The notes under the pieces were generated by a model, which worked only from the letters and a program-made list of their open reading frames with translations, was not told where the DNA came from and did no database searches. From Schmidtea polychroa (lineage: Eukaryota), in NCBI GenBank assembly GCA_044892525.1, contig CM097886.1, positions 90,892,001-90,956,000 of the forward strand: a stretch of DNA of 64,000 bases. The letters run 5' to 3'. A program made the position numbers and the translations under genes. Position 1 is the stretch's first letter. Each line of letters opens with the position of its first letter. Shown piece by piece: positions 50,181 through 61,409 of this stretch.

Positions 50181-51155
50181 TTATAAAATATTAAAAATGA
50201 AAAACAGTACTGACCTGTCCGAGTGGTTTCCAGTGCACATATCGACATAATGATCCAATTTTTTCATCGAATGCTTGAAGCATTTTATCACAATCGGAGC
50301 TTTCGAGTGCGATTTAATGCGAACAAGATTATTCGATTTCCGATTGCGAGTCAGTGCAAGCTGGGGAATGAATTCAGAATTGATGGAATCGGAATTATTC
50401 TCGTCGTAATTCACGTCAGTAAGTCTGTATCCTTTCCTTGTACAGGAGACCGAATTTTCTAAATTCGAATTAATTGAAATTGTAAAATTAAAATCATCCT
50501 TGAAGTTGGTGGAATTTTCGGTAACTGTTGATGGGGAAATGTTTATTTCGCAAACATTATTGTTGATATTGGAATTGGTTTTTGCCATGTTATATTCATC
50601 TATAAACGCCTCGTTTTCTTGCAAAATGGCGTCGAGTTTGATTTTATTAACACAATCTCGCACATTCGGATTGAGATTCGCCGAGATCCGATCGCTTGGA
50701 AATTTCGGATCAATGTTATATGTTAAAATTCTTTGGTGGGGTATTTTTGGATGCTTTATTATTGGTTTGTGTTTTTTGGGGAAATTATTCTGAGGAATTT
50801 CATAATTATTGTAGTTGAAATAATGAAATTGGCAGGCACCATAATTTGTATCTAAATAATCGGCTTCGTTTGAATTGTTGCCTGATGAATAGTGTTGATA
50901 GTCATCAATTCGGTCATTTTTTGTTTTAATTTTCACGAAATTGGTGTTAAATGTGACGGATTTGTTTTCGTTTTTCACTTTTTCAGGAGATTTTATTTCT
51001 TCTATGAAGCTCGTTTCGTGATCTACTTCAACAATTTGATTGGGATTCAATTTTTTATGTGGTTCTATTTTGGTATCTAGGCTAATAGACTGGACATATT
51101 CCATGATCTCTTCGCGATTTAAATAAGTTTCACTAGATTCTTGGTTATAGGTCAC
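50181..51155 (-). CDS. Large exon of a probable host gene (N/S/E-rich, likely disordered)
   Basis: 324 open codons. A CAG|GTCAGT donor near 50215 suggests the last ~12 codons are intronic. No domain recognised. Confidence 0.55.
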   Translation of the reverse strand: MTYNQESSETYLNREEIMEYVQSISLDTKIEPHKKLNPNQIVEVDHETSFIEEIKSPEKVKNENKSVTFNTNFVKIKTKNDRIDDYQHYSSGNNSNEADYLDTNYGACQFHYFNYNNYEIPQNNFPKKHKPIIKHPKIPHQRILTYNIDPKFPSDRISANLNPNVRDCVNKIKLDAILQENEAFIDEYNMAKTNSNINNNVCEINISPSTVTENSTNFKDDFNFTISINSNLENSVSCTRKGYRLTDVNYDENNSDSINSEFIPQLALTRNRKSNNLVRIKSHSKAPIVIKCFKHSMKKLDHYVDMCTGNHSDRSVLFFIFNIL

Positions 51156-52984
51156 AGATGTATTCAGATACTTTCTTTTACACGCTATTTGATTTCTTGA
51201 AAGAGTCTTTGGAGGTGGAATTTTGTTTCGGTTAATTCGTTTAGAGAATATTTCTTGATAGAATATTTTATTAGGTTTTGCTTCACCATAGTAGATTGAT
51301 TTCTGAATATTTTAGGTAAACATTATATTAGATTTATATCGTGAAAATGTATTTTGTATTTTTAGATGAGTACATAATTATGGATATATTGCAAATGGGC
51401 AGTCGCATTTTTGAGGTTGCAGTAAGGACCTACTTTAAAAATTTCAAGGAAAATATAGGCTTGAGCTTTCATGCACGACCCACTTCGGTTAACACTTATT
51501 CAAGAAGTACTTTCAATAACCATTATGACTCTGAAAATAGTATGTTTTTGTTAGGGTTGGGTCTGCGGTCGATGGGGGCTTCCCCAGGTGTAAAATAATA
51601 ATAGCACAATAATTGTATTATAATAAATACCATAAATAGAACATATCTATACTAAGTAATTAAATACTGACTAAAATAAGTAATAATTATAAATAGTAAT
51701 AAATAAAGAATAGGTCACTCCCACTTTTATAAATCTAATAATTGAACTAAAAATATATTATTATAATTAAAATTAAAAACCATTATTTAAATAATCCTTT
51801 CTTTTTCCAAAAAAATCAATCATCAAATTCAACATAAAAAGAATCAAAATCAAATATGTCAGAAATTCAAGAAACAGAAACATTCGTCTTATTAGCAATG
51901 ATCTTTCTGATGATGGTCAAGATCTTCAACTATAACCATACAATCTCCAGATCAAGTGTTCGTGCTTTCGTCGGGATATTGACTATTGGAGAAGATATGA
52001 CAATTATTTACTGTAATGTTAATTTGAATAAATTCTTTTTTCGAATTAATTATGTCTCTACAGTCACTGTCGATAATTTTCGAGATATCAGAAAGCTTTT
52101 GCAGAATATTTGAGTATCTATACCGAACCTGAAGTAATAAAGTTGTATCGTTACATTACCAATTAAAAGCAAATCGTATCACAAAAGCCATCTTGCGGAA
52201 ACAGAAACTGGTCATCATATATTTGATAGACCACGTTGTAACAGTTTGAGCAGGACTTCATATATTAGCAAAAGTTTTCTAATGAAACTGTATTGCGCGA
52301 ATTTTTTTCAGAGCATTAAATAGAAGACTAGGTCATATAGGATAACATTACTGCCAATTATTCCGAACAGGAGTTTTTGTCATTTTTTTAAAAATCATGC
52401 AAAATTCCCGAATAATTGGCTCACTCAAAATAACCCTAAAATCCTTCTAATAAGTCTAATCTGATATAATACTATTTAATATTAAATACATTTTTAAACA
52501 AAAGATATTTTTATATATATAAAATAATTTTTTATAATTAATAACAGAAAAAATTAATTATTAATCGATATTTTCTTGTGAAATATTTGTTTCGTATTTT
52601 TGAATGTGTGATCATTGAACAAATTATAAAATAATTATTTTTGAACATATTTTTATTAATTATAGAATTCAGATCCAATTCAATATTTATTATTTTCAAG
52701 TCCGTAAGGATATTTTTCATCAAATCAAAACATCGACAATGAACTAATGTTAAAATTTAATAAATGGTTATATATTTCACATTAACACTTTATAGTGCTA
52801 ACTTGGTCAATTTAAAATGGACAATGATCAAAGAGTAATATTTAATTGAGCATTAATTATATTAAAAAGAGCATTTATTTTTTTTAAATGAGAATGCAGT
52901 TTTATTGACCAAGATGAAAACACACGTTTTTTAAATTCTATTTTAATCAAAAAATTTGATCATATTAAAACAAATTTAATTATG

Positions 52985-54170
52985 CAATTACATCTCCGCG
53001 TGATTTACATCTTCGTTCTCGATAAAATCGATTTCGAAATCATCAAGATATCGAGGTCTTCTGGTCCTGCCTCTACTTTCATCTCGGCGCAGTGAGTTGA
53101 GTTTAGGATTGTCTACGTCTGTTAATCCTTCATCGTCGTTGTTCTCCACTGACGCTTCGTTGACAGCCGGTCGTATGTAGGAATAGTGGCGCGGAATCCT
53201 GTTGATGTCGAAGTTGGTCGATGAATTTACCTTCGTTATAATCCCCTCACCCCATATCGATATGCACTTCGTGTTTGGTGGTTTAACGTAAACTACATCG
53301 CCAACTTGGAACGACGTGTTCTGTGTCTTCTCTTATGTATAACGAGCACCAACTCCTTTCCACCAATACGAAAACACGGATGAAGGCGGCGGCATTCCGC
53401 ACTTGTCATTGGGTGCTAGGTTATACCAATATACCATTTCCAATATTCTCTTGTTGGACCTTGCTGCCATGCGTTTAATTTTACGATGGTTTCGTTCTAT
53501 TATGGCATAAAAATTATGCCGTTAACTGTTGGCCGATAAGCACATCGAAACTCACATTTCACAACCCATTTGCGACACAGCACTCTCATTTGTGTCGACT
53601 GAAATGATGTCACATTATCATCAGGGGAACCTCGTTCTCTAAAGATCTGTTCAAGGTTCCGTGTAATGGTCTCCGCGTCTTCACCTCTTATTTCTGTCAC
53701 ATAGCGAAACGACCCGGTCCACACTCAATCATAGATAAATAAAGCTTACTTAGATAGTGTGTAACATCAATAGTCAGTCTCTTCCACATCTCTTTAACGA
53801 TTAACTCTCCGTGCTCCCATTTTACAGGCGCCGGATCGATAGATTGACATTCTGAACATTCACCAATAATAGCCTTTACATCCTCAAATGTAACGTTTGG
53901 GCAAAGTTGCTTTGCAAAATACAACGACTTCTTGGCCCAAAAATGGTGCTGTCTATGACTTTCTCGTAACACTTCGCTCACAACAGAAACGGTGCTTGCA
54001 GTTGGTTCGACACATGATTTAATCAATGTCAGCCATTTATTACTGACTCTTGTGAGTGCATTTTATTTTGTGAGTGTTTTTATCTGTTACTACAACTAAG
54101 CTGCTTCTTCCCCAGCTGCTGGCTAAGTTAATTCCCTTTATCACAGCGCCTAACTCTGCAAGGTTTATAT
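52985..54170 (-). pseudogene. Decayed gypsy-type integrase fragment from a different family
   Basis: HH...CSECQSIDPAP..W...LTIDVTHY...IECGP, RGSPDD and AYRPTVNG fragments. PPT-like GCGGAGA followed by TGT near 52990. Confidence 0.8.
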
Positions 54171-54906
54171 GAGAGTAGGTAGTTAGTAGCCCCTGGAAAA
54201 ATTACCCCGGGGGGGGGGTAAATTGTTCCAACTTTTGATTACACAATTGTTCTAACTTACTTTTCTTGCTTTCAGGGATTTTCAGTACAAAATTTTTTTT
54301 TTCAAACTATAGAGGGTCTTCAATAAAAAAGCATGTAAATTAGGGTCTCGGGATATTTTCAATACAAAAAGGCGGTCTTCAATAAAAAAGCATGGTAAAT
54401 TTTAGAATTAAAGTAAATTATGGGCTCAGATTTTTGAACTAAAGTAAATTAAGATCCAAATTAGTAAATTAAGGTCCAAATTTTTAACTTAAAGTAAAAT
54501 AAGGTCCAAATTTTTAAATTAAAGTAAAGTATGATCCAAAAAAATTAAATTAAACTAAATTAAGGTTCTAAAAAATTAAATTAAAGTTAATTATGGTTCA
54601 AATTTTAAAATTAAGTAATCAATAATTTTAAGTTAAATAAGTAAATTATAGTAATAATTTTTAAATAATTAAAGTAAGATTTGAAAATTTATTAACAAAA
54701 AGTTGGAATAATAGTTGGTGATTAAGAATTGAAATTTTTTAATGAAAATTTTTATGAGTTAAATCCATCTTTAAATTTGCAGCAAAAATCTTGAAACTAA
54801 CAATATATATTTAATCAAAGAATTTCTAAATAACAAGTTTTAATTAATTCACAAAAACCGCCAATTCCAAATTATTTAAACAAACAGATATCTAACTCTC
54901 CCCTTC

Positions 54907-57900
54907 TTAAGAATTTTTCCACTTCTTCAGCCACTCGATTCTTCTTTCTTTCGTTCCTTCTTGTGAATGTAGTTCGACTCGATGAGGTGATAGAAATCTG
55001 GCGATTTTATATGGGCCATCGTATTGCATACCATCCTTGTGCCTGTTCTGCGGCTCTTTACGTACGAGTACCTCCTCACCCACCTCGAAAACACGAGTGC
55101 CCCTCTTTTTCGTATCCATAGCTCTCATAGTGTCTGCGGCTTTACTCGAATTAAATCTCGCCTCTTCGATTCTTTCGCTTCTTGATATTTCGGCTTGTTT
55201 CAGGTTAGAGTGTAGGTTAACACTCCGTCCATAAATTATCTCAAAAAAAATATCTCTCTTCACATCCGCCTGCCAATGTTGCTGTAATAAGATCTCTAAT
55301 CGTTCGTATGGCTCTTTCGGCTAAACCATTTGATTGGTGCTGGTAAGGTGAGCTGAATTCCTGTTTGATTCCAAGCTTCTGTAGTTTCTGTCTTAGGAAA
55401 TTCCCTTCGAAATTTTGGCCTCTATCTGTTAAAATGCTCTTCGGTTTTCCAAATCGATAGATCCAACTATTAAGTATTGTTTTGAAAATGGTCCCTTCGT
55501 CTTGCTTTGTGATTGCAGTTAAAGAAATCAGTTTGCTAAAACGGTCCACCATTACTACCATATATTTTTTCATGGCATTTATTTCCATGTAAGCCACATC
55601 TATAACAATCTGTTCTAGGAATAAATGTTTCCTTGGTTCTTGTCTGATCGATCTTTCTCTTAGCGCAGATCTCGCAACATCGTAAACAGAGTTGGATTGT
55701 TTCTTGCATTTTCGGCCAATAAAATATCTTTTCCATGTAATGAAATAATTTCTTAACTCCAATGTGACATAGTTCTTCATGTAGTGTTGTTGTTAACAGG
55801 CCTGCAAATGTTTCTGGGACTAACATTAAGATATTTTTGTTCTTTTCTACTGTTATTAATCCTCCATCAATTCGTGTATTTTTTACGTTAAGAGGAAAAC
55901 AATTCTTTTTCTCCCGTGTACATCCATTTTCCAATATCTCTCGCAGCTCTCGAAACCGAATGTCCTTTTGTTGTTGTTTCCATACTTTTTCCATAGCTTC
56001 TGTTCTTTGGATAGTATATATATATCTAATCTTTGATTTTCCTTCTTTAGCTTCTTCATGTCTTGTTTGACACTGGGTGCAAACCATACTTTTTAATCTT
56101 GATAGTCCATCTGCATTCGAGTGTTCTTCGCCTTTCCGATATTTTAGTTCAAAATCATATTCCGACAGGTTAGCTAACCATGTTTGGAACTGCGGACTGA
56201 TTGGCGGTTTTGTAGTGTTCATGAAAACCAATGCCTTGTGGTCGGTGCGAATTATGAATTTTTTCCCGTACAGATATTCTCTAAAATGCATGACGTATTC
56301 ATGTACGGCGCGCAGTTCTTTCCTGGTTACACAGTATCCCTTTTCATGTGATGACATATGTCTCGAGCCATAAGCTATGACAGATTCTTCTCCATCTTCT
56401 GTAATTTGACTCAAAACTGCACCAATGGCTCCGAAACTAGCGTCTGTGTCTAAGATAAAAGTCCTATCTTCTCTTGGAAAATCAAGGATAGGTGCTTCGC
56501 ACAACCGTCTCTTCAGAGTTTGGAAGCTCTCATTGCATTCTTTAGTCCAATTTATATCTTTATCGCATCCAGATGTTGCAGCGTATAATGGTTCGGCGAT
56601 TTTGGCATAGTCTTTGATGAATCTTCTATAGTAGTTCGTTAATCCGAGAAACGATCTCAATTGTTTTGAACATTTTGGTACTTCTGCTTTCTCGATCTCT
56701 TCCACTTTCTTCCTGTTTGTCTGGATACCCTTCTCGTTAATTGTGTGACCAAGGAAACACAATTCTATTTTATTGAATTTGCATTTTTCTGGATTTATCT
56801 TCAGTCCTGCCACTTGAATTCTTCTGAATATTTCCCTTAATAGCTCATCGTGGTCTTTTTGACTTTTACCATATACCAAGATATCATCCAGATAAACTAC
56901 TACTTCCTTGAATAGCATTCCTTCTAGCACTGTGTACATCAGTCTCTGGAATGTCGCAGGGGCTGTTGCTAAGCCAAATGGTAGTCTATTGAAGCAAAAT
57001 TGTCCTTCACTTGTACTGAATGCAGTCATCTCTTGAATTTCTGGAGCTAACTCCACTTGATAATACGCCTGACCTAAATCGATTGACGAAAATATTTTTG
57101 CATTCGCGAGACAGTCTAGTAAGAATTTGGTGTTAGGCATAGGAAATGACTCTTTTTCTGTTATGGAATTTAATCCACGATAATCTACACACATCCTGAT
57201 AGATCCATCTTTCTTCCCTACTATCACTAACGGGGCATTCCAAGGACTCTTGCAACATCGAATAACAATTGCTTTCATTAACTCTTTTATCAGTTCTTCA
57301 ATCCTTTTCTCCGTGTGCATTGGTTGACGTCGAGGATGTTGCATTATTGGGCCTCCTGTTATCCGCATCTCATGTCAAACTAAGTTTGTAAATCCCAGAT
57401 CGAATTTCGATGCCATAAAAATTCCGCCGAATTCCTTGATCATTCCTTCAATATCTTTATTATTCTCACCTGCCATCGCCACTAGTGCTTTATTTATTCT
57501 TTCTTCATCAGTGTAAAATTTGTTTATCAATGACGTTTCGATATTTTTGATTTTCACTAACTTTACTCCAAACTCTTTCATTGTATCAATGCCCCTATGA
57601 ATTCGGGTTTGATCTCTTTTACCACTACTACTGTGATCATTTTGGTCTTCTGATTCCATGTGGCCGATATAGTCATGTATCCCATTGCTTCTTCACCTCC
57701 AGTTGAAAAAACTCCGCACAATAATATCATACTACGTTTAAGTTCTGGTTTGCCTACTTTCTCCCACAAATTCTTGCTCATGACTGTTACTGATGCTCCA
57801 GAATCCCATAACATCTCTGTTTCGGCATTATTCAACATTATTTTACTCCAATTTCTTCCATCTTTCGTCTGGTACATCTCTTCTTCTGCCTCGTCTCTTC

Positions 57901-57979
57901 GTCCTTCATTTCCTATTTCACAATTTATTGTCTTGACTCCACCGACGAAATGAAACCCATGGAGTCGCTGTTGTTTTTT
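54907..57979 (-). pseudogene. pol: gypsy-2 pol (PR-RT-RH-IN) with several lesions
   Basis: LWDSGAS, YLDD, DTDASFGAIGAVLSQ, HEELCHIG..CEIC and ILTDRGQNFE motifs across ORFs 57578-57877, 57375-57659, 55536-57368, 55241-55780 and 54907-55263. Confidence 0.94.
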
Positions 57980-58115
57980 CCATCTTCTCTGAATATAGTA
58001 TATTTCTCAGGGACATTGTATCTATCTTCCATATTGATGTGATCCATTCTGAAATCCTGGCTGTTCTCGGTGTAATCTCTTGTTTCAGATTTTGAATCTT
58101 CTTCTTCTATGCACG

Positions 58116-59231
58116 CTATTCTTTTATATCGGTGTGAACATCTTTCCGTAACGAAAAACAATCTCGGAACCCGTGTCCTTCCTTGCCACATATCAGGCAT
58201 TTATTTCCCAGTGGACACTCATACCTTCTATGGCCCTTTTCGCCACAGCAAAAACAATCACCTACCGTTAATTTTGGGACCGATGCTTGTGGTAGTCCCT
58301 TACTTTCGTTGTATAGCCTCCTTGCAATATTCTTCATGGATATTGTTGGCAGCTTCCTTTCTGAGCTATTCGGGATTCTCGTATTTCTCAAGAATTGTTC
58401 TCTTGGAGATTGTTCTCGACGACCATGGTTATTTCCTTAGTATTGTATTGGTCCGCGTATAGGATGTTCGTCTCTTCTTGATCTGTGGTGACTAAATTGG
58501 TCTTCTGATAGTCTTCTTTGTGATGATGTAGGCATGGGATCTTGGGTATTCTTTTGAATTCTCATCTTCCCTCCCTCAGTCACGCTAGCGTATGTTCTTT
58601 GATCGATTGCTTTAATAAATTCTGCTTTATGGTTTCCATTTTTGTTACTTTCAAATATTTTCGCCAATGATCTCGTTTCTTCAATTTTTGTTTCTGGTTT
58701 CGTCAATAGTATCTCTCTCAGTCTCGCATCGCGTGCTTTATTTGCGATGAGATCTTGAACAATATCTTCTTCTGATCGTCCTGAATTTATAACTTCAGCT
58801 AAAGCTTTCCTTAGCCGTATCTCAAAAGCAGCAAACCTTTCATCATCTTCCTGTTCCATAGCTGCCAATTCTCTGATTATGTCAGTTATTGATTTTGTAA
58901 TTGTGAACGTATTTAAGAACCACGCTTTGGCTTTTACATCTGTTGTTTCTGTTTCTCTAACGTTTCCCCACAATGTCTTTGCTTCTGCCACAAATAACAC
59001 ATCGAAAGTGCTTGTCAATCGCTGTCCATTTGTCAGCAACCATTCTTCTATATCCCTGATCCATTCTTCGGCTTCTTTTAAACCTCGTCCATCATATCGT
59101 CTGATGTTCAGTGTGAGCAAGTCTTGGCATGATTTCGGTAGGCATTCCATTAGCGATTTTGTCGATTTCGAAATGGCATTGATATTTTGATTTTCGGCGT
59201 GGTCGCCAGTTAAATCCATCTTTAGATCCAT
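58116..59231 (-). pseudogene. gag: gypsy-2 gag with two CCHC knuckles and one premature TAA
   Basis: ORFs 58437-59231 and 58116-58391 are in the same frame. The TAA aligns with a CAA (QGN) in gypsy-1. Confidence 0.9.
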
Positions 59232-59671
59232 CTTTAAATTTGCAGCAAAAATCTTGAAACTAACAATATATATTTAATCAAAGAATTTCTAAATAACAAG
59301 TTTTAATTAATTCACAAAAACCGCCAATTCCAAATTATTTAAACAAACAGATATCTAACTTTATGAAATAATTTTTTAAGATACATTTTAATGAAAATTT
59401 TTATGAAATAATTTTCAAAGTCAACTTTTAANNNNNNNNNNNNNNNNNNNNNNNNNNNNNNNNNNNNNNNNNNNNNNNNNNNNNNNNNNNNNNNNNNNNN
59501 NNNNNNNNNNNNNNNNNNNNNNNNNNNNNNNNNNNNNNNNNNNNNNNNNNNNNNNNNNNNNNNNNNNNNNNNNNNNNNNNNNNNNNNNNNCATAAAAATT
59601 AACTAGACACATAACTAAACACATAAAACTTTACCAAACACATAAAAAGAACAAAAGTAAAGATATAAAAT

Positions 59672-60019
59672 TTATTCATCCAATATTTGCTTGTAATAAG
59701 CTCTTCTTAATTTTGCCAGTAAAATATGAATAATTTCTTTCATCTTATATTCTTGGCAGCATCTACACCTAAACGGACATGGTAATTTCATTGGATCCGT
59801 ACATACTTCACAATCATCTATGCATTCAAATCTTGATTCTTGGACAGATTCGTAATGTCTTCGTATAATTTCTTCTATATTGATCCCCGTTAATTGCTTG
59901 ATTCTATAAGCTAATAATTCTGGAGCGCAATGCGAAAGTCTATTCTTTATATTCGGGAACAATTCTTCCATCTTTGTTAATATTGTTTGGAATATATATG
60001 CTTGCTTATCGTCATCCAT
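59672..60019 (-). CDS. Polinton-associated small Cys-rich protein, unknown function
   Basis: 115-aa ORF with CIDDCEVC...CPFRCRCC, transcribed divergently from the ATPase. Confidence 0.5.
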   Translation of the reverse strand: MDDDKQAYIFQTILTKMEELFPNIKNRLSHCAPELLAYRIKQLTGINIEEIIRRHYESVQESRFECIDDCEVCTDPMKLPCPFRCRCCQEYKMKEIIHILLAKLRRAYYKQILDE

Positions 60020-60224
60020 TTTTGAATTTAAAGTTTTTGTAGATATTCAGTTAATTTAAACACAATTAATTAAATTAATGGATTTGTAAATCTTGAATCT
60101 GATATTTGAGATCACCTTCTTGTAATGGTTTCTTACATCCCATTATCCTACATTTCCCGCTCTTGAAGAATAAAATTGGATATTTTCCACTTCTGTCCAC
60201 AACATGTTAAATAATTTAATTAAA

Positions 60225-60848
60225 ATGGATTTAAGAAATGACGTGGTATATCAAATTGTAGGACCTAGTGGGAGCGGGAAAACTTTATTTGTATGTAATT
60301 TATTATAATCAAACATGTTTAAATCTAAATTTAATAAAATATATTGGCATTGAGGTGCAGATGAAGAACATGGATTGACTCAAAACAGTTTCTGTAAATT
60401 AAAAATGACAATAATTAAAGGATTTGATAAAAATTGGTCATCTAGATTACGCCAAGGTGATGTTATTATTATCGATGATCTGTACCAGGAAGCAAATAAA
60501 GAAAAAGATTTTAATAATTTATTTACAAAAATCAGTAGACATTGCGGAGTTACAGTTATTTTCATTACACAAAATCTTTTTCATCAAGGTGGAAGTCATA
60601 GAACACGTAATTTAAATGTCCAATATTTAATTATTTTCAAAAATCCTAGAGATCAAACAATAATAGATTTTCTTGCAAGACAAGCTTATCCAAATAATAG
60701 AAAATTTTTGATTGATTCATTCCAAGATGCGACAAAAATTCCTCATGGATATTTATTTTTTGATTTTACACAACAATGTCCAGATGATATGCGTATTAGA
60801 ACTGATATTTTTAATATAAACGGTGTTACGATTTATAAACAAAACTAA
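60225..60848 (+). pseudogene. Polinton A32-like packaging ATPase with two premature stops
   Basis: Walker A GPSGSGKT, Walker B VIIIDDL, FTKISRH and TQNLF motifs. In-frame TAA and TGA precede ORF 60375. Confidence 0.9.
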
Positions 60849-61013
60849 AAACTAAATAAAATTAATCATGTCATTTAAAAAAGTAGTTGTTAAAAATCTT
60901 CCAAGTGTTTCAAAAAAAATTACCAAGAAAACAAAACGTACAAAAAATAAGAAACAAATCAAGAAGTGGATCAAATTATAAACAATCCGTCGCGTTAATT
61001 AATAATAATAATA

Positions 61014-61340
61014 ATGAAATTTGAACGGAGTTTACCATATTTTAATGCTTTAATAAAGGCACCAAATTCGAAACGAATATCGATTTTACAGTCTTTTCCA
61101 TCATTTTTTATTGATGATTTGCTTGAAGTTATTATAAATGTTGTCCGTGGTAATGTAAATATAACTAAAGCTAAAAGATTAGTATTGCAAAGACATAAAT
61201 GATCACTTTTATCTCTAATTGATACAAAAAATCGTCGTCTAATGAGAAAGATAATATATAAACAAAAAGGAGGGTTCTTGGGTGCATTAATTCCTATAGT
61301 CTTATCTGCAATTAGTGCAGTCTCATTAGTAAGTTCTTAA
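61014..61340 (+). pseudogene. Polinton small core-like protein with a QKGG|FLGAL motif
   Basis: Reading through one TGA gives ...KIIYKQKGGFLGALIPIVL. The GG motif resembles adenoviral-type protease sites (inference). Confidence 0.6.
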
Positions 61341-61409
61341 TGGGTATCAAGAGTTCATTACCAAATAAAAATATTGTAGATTTTAATATTTTGACAACTT
61401 GTTGTAATA

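Larger units (their letters stand above)
54757..59360 (-). mobile_element. Ty3/gypsy LTR retrotransposon 2 (4.6 kb)
   Basis: 3' LTR 54757-54897 (141 bp) and 5' LTR 59208-59360 (153 bp), identical except for a 12-bp duplication. AGTTA...TAACT termini. 5-bp TSD TTATG. PBS 59196-59208. PPT 54898-54908. Confidence 0.96.

Noticed and set aside
19992-54174. The two Polinton termini as ends of one 34-kb element
   Set aside because: They face away from each other (right end first, left end second) and their sequences differ beyond AGTAG.
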